The notes beneath the pieces were generated by a model. The model was not told where the DNA came from. It saw only the letters and a list, made by a program, of their open reading frames with translations, and ran no database searches. Made by a program: the position numbers and the translations under genes. From Epithemia pelagica (lineage: Eukaryota > Protista > Bacillariophyta), in NCBI GenBank assembly GCA_946965045.2, contig OX337228.1, positions 1,302,001-1,366,000 of the forward strand: a stretch of DNA of 64,000 nucleotides, in the 5' to 3' direction. This document shows, piece by piece, positions 10,774-21,107 of this stretch (its first letter is position 1; each line of letters starts with the position of its first letter).

Positions 10774-12628
10774 ATGAGACTCGTGTCGTTCCAGCGACCA
10801 CCACTGGTGGGACTTGTTGTTCTATGGATGATGATGATTGGGACAATTTCGTTTGGGTCCGTCCATGCCTTTTCCCCTCGAATACCGACGACAACGACAA
10901 CGACAACACGTGCCGACGCCCGCAAACCATGCTTGTGGCAGTCCACGACGGCGCCGTCGGATACGACCGCCACCACCACCTTTTCAAATGACGATGACAA
11001 CAACAACAACGACAGTAAGGATCCTAATGGTCTCACTCTGGCCGAACGAACACGTCCGGATTTTGAAATCCTCCAAGTGCATCCATTGGACCAGGATCCA
11101 ACAACCACAACAGTAACAACGAATGGAGACCAAGAATCGTCATCCTCGTCCCCGCCCTTGATTTATTTGGATTCGGCCGCCACCTCCCAAAAACCACGAG
11201 TCGTTTTGGAAGCCATGGATCGGTATTATCGCACGTACAATTCCAATGTCCATCGGGGGGCTCATACCTTGTCGCGACAGGCCACGGCCGCCTATGAGGC
11301 GGCCCGCGATGCCGTGGCCGGTTTTGTACATGCCAATTGCCGGGAAGAAATTGTCTTTACCTCTGGAGCCACGGAAGCCTTGAATTTGATTGTCCAATCG
11401 CATGGACGACATCGTCAATTGGGACCGGGCAACGAGGTCCTCTTGACGGTTGCCGAACATCATGCCAATTTAGTACCCTGGCAACTCTTGGCACAAGAAA
11501 AGGGATTTACCATTAAATTTGTCCCACTCAAAGAACCAGAACCAACCTCGTCGGCGAATCCCTTGAGTCGTCAATTGGATTGGTCGCAATTGGACAACCT
11601 CTTGACGGAACGAACCAAAATTGTTTCCTTTCAACACGTGTCCAATGTGTTGGCCACCGTCAATCCAGTTCAAGACATAGTCGGGTTGATTCGTCAAAAA
11701 TGTGGACCGGACGTGACCATTGCGTTGGATGCCTGTCAATCGGTTCCACACATGCCCGTCAATGTGCAAGAATTGGGCATTGACTTTTTGGTCGCCTCGG
11801 GTCACAAACTCTGTGCCCCCACCGGCATTGGCTTTTTGTGGGGCCGACAAGACTTGCTCAATGCCATGCCACCCTACAAGGGCGGCGGCGAAATGATTCA
11901 CCTTGTAACCTTGGAGGGGTCCACGTATTTGCCCAGTCCCTCGCGGTTTGAAGCTGGAACGCCGCCCATTGCCCCCGCCATTGGATTGGCCGCCGCCATT
12001 CAATACCTCAACGACATTGGCGGAATGAAGGCCATTGAAGACTATGAATCCCAATTGGCCGTTTACCTCTACCAACAATTGTCCCAGGTACCCGGCATTT
12101 CCATTTTAGGACCACCACCACCACCACCGTCGTTGGAACCCCAAGACTCGTCGTCGTCATCGTCGACTCGACCACTCGCGGGTCATCGGGCCGCGGCCTT
12201 GACGGCCTTTTGTCACGAGTCCATTCATCCGTCCGATTTGAGTGCCCTTCTGGATACACATGGTGTAGCCGTTCGGGCCGGTCATCATTGTTGTCAACCC
12301 TTGCATCAAGCCTTGGGAATTTCCCATTCCATTCGAGCCAGTTTGGCCTTTTACAATACCTACGAGTACGTTTCATTGGTCGTCGTCGTCGTTGGTCGTG
12401 AGGATTCCGTGTCTTGAACAATCCAAAAACTGGACTCACCTTGCATGGTTGTATGTATGGATTCTTGTTGTGTTGTTCTTGTTTTGTTTGTGCGGTGCAT
12501 CATTCCACAGAGAAATTGATGCCTTTATTGAGCATTTAAAAGAAGTGATTGCCTTTTTTGAAGATGTCAATGCCGGCGGTACCAATGGCCATGACGGGGA
12601 CGACGATGGGTTTGTTCCCTTTATTTAG
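10774..12628 (+). CDS. sufS: Plastid-targeted cysteine desulfurase SufS, two exons (10774-12365, 12511-12628)
   Basis: IYLDSAATSQKP, NVHRGAH, EHHANLVPWQ, SGHKLCAPTGIG (PLP Lys), RAGHHCCQPL (catalytic Cys), RASLAFYN. Signal peptide ending VHA-FSP. A GTACGT...CACAG intron restores YNTYEEIDAF. Confidence 0.93.
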
Positions 12629-13417
12629 CAGCAACAGTCTTCTGAAACTGCCCGCAATCTCCACAATATCACACGACGGTCGACCCAAGGACTTGGCGTC
12701 GTCGTCGTCCTCCTCACGCTATAGTCGCACTCGTATACAACCCACCCGCCACAACGACACACACGCACACACACACTCTACCGAATAAACATCACACACC
12801 CCTTCGACGCAACCGTCCCTCTTGTTTCTTTTCCACACGCTCTCCATTGTGTATCAGTATTACTACTACTACGATTCCTAGTATGATTCTATCCCGCTCC
12901 CGCAACCCCTATTCTACTCGTTTGTTTTGTTTTCACCACGGTTGGACCGGAACGTACCCAGTCCCATCGCAGTGTCTCGACGACGAGAAGAAGAAGATTC
13001 CACCACCAAGAGTGACAAAGGCCGTCATCGTTGTCACTACTAGCACAGGAGTCGTATTTCTTCTACCCTCGGACGTGGATTGCAACGACGAAACGGTCCA
13101 AACACTGGGAACACGGTTCTATATTCGAGTCGAACCACCACGCAGGGGCAAGCCTTTTTCCTCCTACTTCTTCGTCTTTGTCTTGTTTCAGACCCATCCG
13201 CCGTACTTGTTTCTCCCAACGTGCCTACCTAGTAGTAGGAGTAGAACGACACCCACACAACCCACCCATTCTGTATATTCATCTAGAAAACGCCTGCTCT
13301 AGAGGTAGAGAGGGTCTAGGTCTAGGGTCATGAAACATTGGTGTTCATCCGCTGTCCAGGATGGCAAATAGCAGCACAATTGTAGACTATGGTCGTCGAA
13401 AAGTCCCCTACTCTCTA

Positions 13418-13860
13418 CCGTAATTTGCGGAGTCCTGGACCCCAGGAATGTGCATGAAACGACTTGGGGGGGGTCCAGAACTCAACAATTTTCGATAATT
13501 TTTTTTAAGATTCCATTCACAGTGTACAATTAACTTCATAGTAAATTTCATGATAAACATCGGAGTTGTAGAGAAGGGTTGGTCGCACTATTCCAGTAAG
13601 GGATATCAAATATCAACGTGCTTCCAAGCGTAGCCTTAACCCTAATAATACTACCCATCATGCTGTATCTCTTGTTTCTCCTCTTTGATTCACTCCCATC
13701 TAATGTTAGCCAGTGCGATAGAAAGCTCGGAACGTGAGGAATGTGGAGGTAACCCTAAAACCCGGAAAGAACCTACAGATCAAAAGTTAGGGGGCCATGT
13801 ACGTTTAAGGGGAGTGGGGGGTCCAGGACTCTGTGGTGTCCAGGAATCCGCAAATTACGG
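13418..13860. mobile_element. 443-bp MITE, Tc1/mariner-pogo (Tc2-like CCGT termini), TA target duplication
   Basis: 23-bp TIRs CCGTAATTTGCGGAGTCCTGGAC (13418-13440) vs 13838-13860 match at 22/23. TA at 13416-17 and 13861-62 within a CTC-TA-GAG site. No coding capacity. Confidence 0.82.
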
Positions 13861-13947
13861 TAGAGTATTATGAGACATAGAGAGGTACTCCTAGACAACC
13901 GTTCCAAAAAAAAAGGGAATAGTCTATTCTTCCAGCTGCCGCGCCTA

Positions 13948-15558
13948 CCCGCTAGTGCCTTCTCTCCGGGTGTGCCCATGACGGGCGAAAACGTACCGTT
14001 GGGCACATGTTTTCAACTAGGAATAACTCGATCAATATTAGCCCTACGACAGTGATCTGATGCATCTTACCAATCTTTAAGGCATCCTCTGTCACCATTT
14101 GATGCTCCATTTGGCCTACATAGGACATATGGGGGTCATAGGAGTGCCTCTATTAGAAGCTTGTGGTGTGTGCAACGTGTGTGGGCACATTATGGGCACA
14201 TTATAGAAACTCATGTAAAGCTTGGCTTTTAGACTTACTACGTCCTAGTATTTGAACTTGTAGGCAACACTTGGCTCCTGAGTCTCAGAGAACTCAAAGG
14301 ACAGGTTGCTACTCGGTTGTTGTGGTCGCTGGCGTTGACGACGAGCATTAACAACAACGTCGATTCCTGTCAAGTTTTCATTCTCGTTGGCTCCAGACGG
14401 CGTGGTGACGAGGAGGACAAGTTGTGCATTTGATGACGCCACCATTTCTTGTTCATGTTGATCTTGCTCTCATTGTTGTGGTTGTTGTTCTTGGGTGGCC
14501 ACGTGAGTAATTGCAGTGGTCTGAGGGAGCTGCTGTCCCTGCTGCTGTTGCACTTGTCGTGCTCCTGCTGCTGGTGGACGGTGCGGCGCACGATAGACAT
14601 CTCCAGGGAATCTGTCATCGTGATTTATCTTTCGAAGCTGGTAAGATGTCTTGTGTAAGAGCTCACGCGTCCTGCTTCCATCCCTCATGTCGAGTAGCTC
14701 AACTTCCCAAGCCTTGCTGCCCCGGGCTTGCACAATGATTACAGGTCCATTGCTGGCCCTGATGAAAGCCCTGGACCCAGGACCAAGCTGACTTCCTCCA
14801 GCCATTCCTTCTTCTTCTTCGTCGTCTGTTTTGTCTTGCTGTTATCACTACCCTCGACACTGTCGTTCTCTCGTTGTCTTGTTGTCGTGCTCAAGAAATT
14901 GACACTTTTTGTAATGATTCCTATTACAAAAAGGTTCAAATACTTGAACGCAAAAAGCTTCCATAGAGCATTCCTCATCCTGATGAACAATCCCAATGGG
15001 GACTGTTCAAATAGCACAAGAACATGTGTTACCATTGTATGATTGTTGGATTGGTGTGTGCGTTCAAAATTTTGGGGTACACATTTTTGTCAAAGAATCT
15101 TCTGGGTGTCCCCCGTGGGGTTCGCACTTCCGAATCAGCGCCGACCTGAACACGCCAGGCCGGACATGGCCGGGACGTGGCTGGGAAAGTCGACCAGATG
15201 GGACAAAAAATGGCGCAAAAGTGTTGCAATGCATCTGCCAAAAACGTCTCGACGTCTTATCATGGTCATAGGACTGTCATGCGACCTCCTATAATGGTGG
15301 GCCCACATGTGCCCAAGTGTGCCCACATGCACCATCACGGTGCACAAGCCCCCAATGGAGGCGCTCATATGACCTAGATATGTCATATATGGGTGTCATG
15401 GCATATCAAATGGTGACAGAGGATGTCTTGAAGAAAAAGTTTGAGCATCCACATGTTGCCGTAGGCCTAATATTGGTCATGTTATATCTAGTTGAAAATA
15501 TGTGCCCAAAGGGTCGTTTTGACCTGTAATGGGCACACGGCTAGAGGAGGCACTAGGG
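13948..15558. mobile_element. About 1.6-kb non-autonomous DNA transposon with about 270-bp imperfect TIRs
   Basis: 13948-14210 aligns to the reverse complement of about 15290-15558 (CTAGTGCCT, GTGTGCCCAT, TGGGCACAT, TTTTCAACTAG, CATCCTCTGTCACCATTTGAT shared). Multiple GGGCACA subrepeats. TSD is either TA or CTAG. Confidence 0.78.
14470..14805 (-). pseudogene. Truncated ORF inside the long-TIR element, possible remnant of the element's protein N-terminus
   Basis: ATG-initiated 111-aa ORF (beta-rich start VIIVQARGSKAWEVELLD, then Q-rich) lying between the TIRs; no catalytic domain is visible. Confidence 0.35.
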
Positions 15559-15721
15559 TACGGTCGACCGATCCATTGAGATAGCCCTATATGTACTCAG
15601 TCGCACATATAGATCTCGTCGCTCGTCGTACCTACGTGTTCTGGGACGTCCATGGCGACCGGATCGAAACAGACACACCAAACACTTTAGAGCACTCTCT
15701 GCTGTTATCGTGCCTGCCAGA

Positions 15722-16555
15722 ATGGTTCCATCCTATTATTATTGTCATTTTTGCTCTCTTGGTTGGACCAAAAGCTCCCTCTTTGGTTCCGTCCGACGTG
15801 GAGCTCCACGAAAAATCTTTGGGTGGTCACGTGGCAATGTTCCTTGTAGAAGTGTTATGGCAGCATCCAATCAGTATCGTCCTCCGTTCCTGGTCCCGAC
15901 TGACCCGATTCGAGGAGTCTTGTTCCGTCCACAACAACAACAACAACACCGTTTCGTTTCTTTTACAACAGCTTCCAAGGATGACAATCCCTTTCGAATT
16001 CTGGGGATTCCCGACACGAGTAGCTTGGATCAGGTGAAACACACCTTTCTGCAATTGGCACTCCAAAAACATCCCGACGTGGCCGGTTCTGGATCGGCGG
16101 ACGAATTCATGAAGATACGCCAGGCCTTTGAATCCATTGTGCAAGCCGAAAAAGCCAAACGCCAACAAAAACAAAAGCACCGATCATCCTCGATTGAGTT
16201 TGACAAGGTGGAAGTGAATCGTTCCCAGGGAAGTATTCGATATACCGGTCACGTGCCACCCCCCGGCGAGGACGACGATGATGAGTTTGATCCCGACCAT
16301 TGGCAATCCTGGTTTCATCGACGGACGGGTATGAATCTAGCCTTTGAAATGTCGGAACAAACCCGACGAGAAGTGATTCATGCCTATCAAACGCTCTCGG
16401 CCGGCGGAAAAGATAAGGGTGGATACTGGGAATTGGCTCGACAATTGGCCGAACATGCCGATATTGTCGACCGCACCAACAGCAACAGCAACTTGCCCAG
16501 TTTGAGACCAACAACAAGTACGAAGACGACGAAACGGAGAAGACGAAAGCGATAG
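15722..16555 (+). CDS. J-domain (DnaJ type C) protein, possibly organelle-targeted
   Basis: NPFRILGI...LALQKHPDV...EFMKIRQAFESI with an intact HPD motif; R/S-rich N-terminus. Confidence 0.85.
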   Translation: MVPSYYYCHFCSLGWTKSSLFGSVRRGAPRKIFGWSRGNVPCRSVMAASNQYRPPFLVPTDPIRGVLFRPQQQQQHRFVSFTTASKDDNPFRILGIPDTSSLDQVKHTFLQLALQKHPDVAGSGSADEFMKIRQAFESIVQAEKAKRQQKQKHRSSSIEFDKVEVNRSQGSIRYTGHVPPPGEDDDDEFDPDHWQSWFHRRTGMNLAFEMSEQTRREVIHAYQTLSAGGKDKGGYWELARQLAEHADIVDRTNSNSNLPSLRPTTSTKTTKRRRRKR

Positions 16556-17370
16556 AATTTTGTTTTGACTCTAGAGCCGGATGATCGTTTTGGAGTGGAA
16601 TACACTTGGGACGATGGTGCATACTGCATCGTTCCAGGCCGTTCAGGATGGATTGCAATACCACTCTTTGGTGTTCCAGACTGGAAAGACTTGGATTCCG
16701 GGGGTAGAATCGGAACGATCGTCATGACTCGTCATTGTCGCCACCTTTTTCTTCCAGATCTCATCTCCCGAGGGAGAGCAGAACACCCTCTTGTATATTT
16801 GTCTATCTGTATATAGCTCGTCCTCCACCCACCACTCTGTCGAACCAAAGACCATTGTCTTTCGATTGTCGGTAGAGTACCTAAGTACCTCTAGCTGTGG
16901 TAGGTCGATCGATCGAATGAATCGCGACTCTTGTGTGACTCTCCCTTTGCCGATGGCTGACGTCGGACAGGCGAGCTTAGGGGCAGCACCAGTGTTCTCT
17001 GCGGATGTCTTCTCTTTGGCGAGCCAATGAAAGACAGACAAAGCAGTTGGTTTTTGGATTCGATATCGTTCCACGTTGGAGTGTAAAAGATATTCGTATA
17101 GTCACCGTCAGGACGATTCAATACTACCCAGAGCGTGTCTGTGGATCGAGGTCGAGAACTGACTGTAGAGTTAGAGTTTGGGTGTCCGCATGCAGTTCAA
17201 GCTATCCTCACAACAACACAATCATACCCCGACACACCTAATACCTCAATAAACCAACCAACAGCATCCGCTGTGTGCGTTTGGTTGTATATAGAGAAAG
17301 GAGAACAGGACCCCTCTCTCTCTCTATAGTATAATAATTCATAACACACACACATAAAACACGGTGACGA

Positions 17371-19572
17371 TTGCAACGACGGCACTATTGTGGCACAGAC
17401 TGTGGTGGTTGTGGTTGTGGTGGTGTCATGGGGTATGCCAAGGTCACGTTGGTGTCCAAGACCACAAGCAACAACCAAAACAACAACAACAACAACAAGG
17501 ATGATGATGATGATGAAACCAATAATAATAACAATTCACAGAATACACTGGAAGAGGATGTTCTGGATGACAATGAAATCTCCGTGGATGTCTTTTTGCC
17601 GCAAGGAGCCACTCTAAAGGGTACGCTGCTCCGTACAATGAATCCTCACAATTCTACCGAGGAAGCCCCGTCGTATTATTACACCGCCAGTCGGTTTGAA
17701 CATGGCAGCATGATTGGCAATATTCGGTACAAGGGCCATGTCTTGTATGGGACCGATTTGTGGCGTATGCCTCACAATTCCAATTGGCCCGAATCGGGTG
17801 TGGGCTTGGCTTCGGAATTTGGCGTGGGCGATTACGGTGATTTTTGTTTGTACTTGTGTGGATGGCCATTGACGGGAGACATTACCAATGGCGTTCTGGG
17901 ATATCGGGAAGCCAAGAATGGACAAGCCTTTTTGAAAATTGGTGTCGGTGCCTTGCTCAAGGGCACGTGTCCGGCCTGCGATTCTACGGACGATTACAAA
18001 TTCAATTCACCCTACCTCTTTGCCCAGCCACCGCAATGGACCGTCACACAAGACTCACCCCAATCCATTTCCATGTTTCATCAAGCTTCCTTGCAATCGG
18101 CCTCGGAGGATAGTCCTCCACAAGCGTCGTCCAATGGTGGAGGGGGTGACCAATTGTATGGATATCAATTGCAAAAAGATATCGCCGTGGTAACGGTGGA
18201 GAATCCAAATGACAATGATGATGATAGCAATAATCGTCGTCACATGTTGCAAGTCACAACAACCTTGACCAATACCGGACGCGAGGCCTTTTCGACTGTC
18301 TGGTATTCTCACAATCTCTTTCATTGCGACGGTGTTGCGGTCGGACCAGGATATGTCATGCATTTAAACTTGACTGGAACACCCAAACCCTTGTACGAAG
18401 AACCAGGTACTTGGTCCTGGGCCACTCCTCTCACACAATATGCGCGGGTCATTCGACGGCAAGAAACCACGACGCACAATTCGGACAACGACGACACCGA
18501 CAGTACTACCAATAATAATAACTATTATGGAGTCCGTGTCGAAATGACACGAGCCTTGGATCCAGGCATTCGCATCAAGACCGAGTTTCGTCCCGACAAT
18601 GCCACTCGAGGAGGCTTTGTACTCGAAGCCTGCAATACCCGCATTGTCACCACCTTGCATCCCGGCAATCCACGCAGCTCAACGTCCAACAAGGAGGAGG
18701 ACGATCCTCTGGAAATGTACGCCTATGGCTTGTATTTGGAACGAGGTACCGTTTCGCCCGAACCGCAAATCTTGTTGCATGTGGCACCAGGACAAACCAA
18801 GCAATGGACACAACAATTGGAATTTTCGCAAATTGTACCCACCACCACCACCAATCCACCAACAACAAAATCCTCCAAATCCAAGAAAACGACCAAACAA
18901 CAACAAGCGCAACAAGACGTGGATTCGTCGTGGAGCACATTGGCATCGGCGGCGGCAGCCTCTCTCGTGACAGCCACAACAACAACAACGACACGGCATT
19001 CCAATAAGACATCCTCCAAGAGTCTATCATCATCACCATCATCTTCCATTTCCATGTCATCGGCTTCCTCCCGTTCCTCTTCCTTGTTATTGCCCCACTC
19101 TGGGTCATGGTCACTCAATTCCACCACCCCCAGCAGCAGCAGCAGCACCGTGTCGTTTACTCCAACAGTGTCCGTTGCCAGTCATGCCACACCAATCACC
19201 ACCACCACCACAACAACAAGTCTTGGTGGTGGTAATGTTGGTGACCACCCGAGACTTGTCCTGTTTGGTACAGTGACGTTCTTGGCAGTATTGGTGGTTC
19301 TGGTATATCCGTACTATACTTATTCTCGGACAGCTCGCAAACGACGGCAGTATACCCAAATATACGATCCTTTGGTGAATGTACGACTCCCCGAAAGCAA
19401 AGAAGAAGAAGAAGCAACCGCAGCAGACGAAAGACACGCTCTCTTGTCGTCGTCGTCGACGTTGCCGACAACCACCATGACCAATGGCCATTGGCAACAA
19501 CCGCAACGATTGACTGGTTTGGATTCGACCTCCTCCCCCCGCATCAGCACCACCACCATAACCACTGTCTAG
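17371..19572 (+). CDS. Single-pass membrane protein: beta-rich mutarotase/epimerase-like domain, S/T stalk, C-terminal TM and short tail; start uncertain (first ATG 17428)
   Basis: 733-codon ORF. SRFEHGSMIG, GLASEFG, FLKIGVG, LTNTG...YSHNLF motifs; long S/T tract; TM LVLFGTVTFLAVLVVLVYPYY followed by RKRR. Confidence 0.8.
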   Translation: MQRRHYCGTDCGGCGCGGVMGYAKVTLVSKTTSNNQNNNNNNKDDDDDETNNNNNSQNTLEEDVLDDNEISVDVFLPQGATLKGTLLRTMNPHNSTEEAPSYYYTASRFEHGSMIGNIRYKGHVLYGTDLWRMPHNSNWPESGVGLASEFGVGDYGDFCLYLCGWPLTGDITNGVLGYREAKNGQAFLKIGVGALLKGTCPACDSTDDYKFNSPYLFAQPPQWTVTQDSPQSISMFHQASLQSASEDSPPQASSNGGGGDQLYGYQLQKDIAVVTVENPNDNDDDSNNRRHMLQVTTTLTNTGREAFSTVWYSHNLFHCDGVAVGPGYVMHLNLTGTPKPLYEEPGTWSWATPLTQYARVIRRQETTTHNSDNDDTDSTTNNNNYYGVRVEMTRALDPGIRIKTEFRPDNATRGGFVLEACNTRIVTTLHPGNPRSSTSNKEEDDPLEMYAYGLYLERGTVSPEPQILLHVAPGQTKQWTQQLEFSQIVPTTTTNPPTTKSSKSKKTTKQQQAQQDVDSSWSTLASAAAASLVTATTTTTTRHSNKTSSKSLSSSPSSSISMSSASSRSSSLLLPHSGSWSLNSTTPSSSSSTVSFTPTVSVASHATPITTTTTTTSLGGGNVGDHPRLVLFGTVTFLAVLVVLVYPYYTYSRTARKRRQYTQIYDPLVNVRLPESKEEEEATAADERHALLSSSSTLPTTTMTNGHWQQPQRLTGLDSTSSPRISTTTITTV

Positions 19573-20118
19573 CAATCAGTATTTACTATAGCCAGAACGC
19601 AACTTTTTCTCGTCGCTATCTGCCTTCCTAGGTAGAGGTAGTCGATGCTGGTCCCTTCTTGGACGCATTCCGTCCCCACAATCATCGTTGAAGAGTACTC
19701 ATGATAGTATGGGACAGAGCTACTTACTACTATCGAGACTACCAAACAGTCATGTCCCAAACACACGTGAGGGTGGTGGTCGCTGCCATGGCTGGTGGAT
19801 GCTTTGTTGCTGCAGCAACAAGACACACGAAAATAATGGCATTGTCTCGTGGATCCAACGACTGAAAAAAAGATACCTTGCTGGTTGGTAACTTCCGACA
19901 CTCAGAACTGCCCAAAGTAGGGGAAGTGTTTGGGGGCTGACAGTGCATGAATCACTCGTCGTCCCGATAGAATCCGCCAAATCCAAAAAGAGAGGGAGGA
20001 TAAATCGGATGATGATAGGTGTAACTGATCGACAAAACAGAGCCACAAGAAGCACTCATGCGTTGGTACTGCTCGATCTATGCAAAACAGGAACGGAGCA
20101 ATTGTTGCGATGGCGTGG

Positions 20119-20643
20119 TTAGGATGGTTCTTCCTCCTCATGGATTTTCATGTCATGGTCTGCTTCGTGATTTAACAAAGACACGGAAAGCCGGTGCTGT
20201 TTCCGATGTTGTCGTTTTTCGTTTCGCCGTACTCCTCTCATTCTCGTGTGATCCACAAGAGTCGTTGCCTTCTCTTCTTCTTCGAAACTTTGTCCAAACC
20301 ACCACGCAGTTGTCAGTACCAGCAAGAGCAACAGCAAGATGCTTCGACAAGGTCGGTGTGCTTCATCCATGGCTTGGAGTCGTCTTCTTTCTTCGCAATC
20401 ATTTTCGTTCATTAGGGATTCAAAGCCATACTCATCGTTGTTGATGTCCGCTTGGACCCTCGCAACATCATGGATGGGTCGTTGTTCCCGTGCAGTGGAC
20501 GAGGTCGCTTTCCTCGTGGTAGGACCGTTTTGAGGAGGGTCGCCTCTATAAGATCGATCCATCTTATATTTTTGGTATAGTACTGCGTTGTGCTGGTCGT
20601 GCTGGTGATCAAGAGGACATGGTTTTGCCTCCCGCTCACTCAT
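20119..20643 (-). CDS. Hypothetical small membrane protein
   Basis: ATG-initiated 174-aa ORF with one hydrophobic stretch (ILLLLLLVLTTAWWFG); no recognised family. Confidence 0.45.
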   Translation of the reverse strand: MSEREAKPCPLDHQHDQHNAVLYQKYKMDRSYRGDPPQNGPTTRKATSSTAREQRPIHDVARVQADINNDEYGFESLMNENDCEERRRLQAMDEAHRPCRSILLLLLLVLTTAWWFGQSFEEEEKATTLVDHTRMRGVRRNEKRQHRKQHRLSVSLLNHEADHDMKIHEEEEPS

Positions 20644-21107
20644 TCTTGTTGTTGCTCATTGTGAGTTGTGTGCAGAGGTGCGTGTTTGTTTCAAAGCGAC
20701 TGATCAGCGACACGTAAGGCTATGTGGGGTAGAGTTCACTTTTCAAGAGAGCTGGACATATAGAGAGGAGGGGGGGGGGAGGGGTGCAGTTTCCTCAGGC
20801 AGCGATCTGATTGGTGCCTTTTCCCCCCTATCACTATCCTCCAACTGTCAACCAACTGTCGGATCAACACTAATAATTAGTCTAAAAAAATCCAATTGCG
20901 ATCCAATTAGCTATAAAAAACATCTAAGTAACACTATTCAATATTTCAAAGTCGGTGGTCCCGGTCGGAAGGAATTCGGAACATGCCGATTCCCCACCGA
21001 GTTCACCAGAAAATGCCAACACGAAAAATTCCCTCCTCAGCTCTCTAAAAAACGCACAACGCACGACTACTCTCATAATTCTAAAAACAAAAACAAAACC
21101 AAGAGGG

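Noticed and set aside
12660-13400. 151-aa TTG-started ORF
   Set aside because: Low-complexity UTR-like sequence without coding signal.
16565-17330. 143-aa minus-strand ORF and neighbours
   Set aside because: No family features; could be UTR or unannotated exons but cannot be supported.
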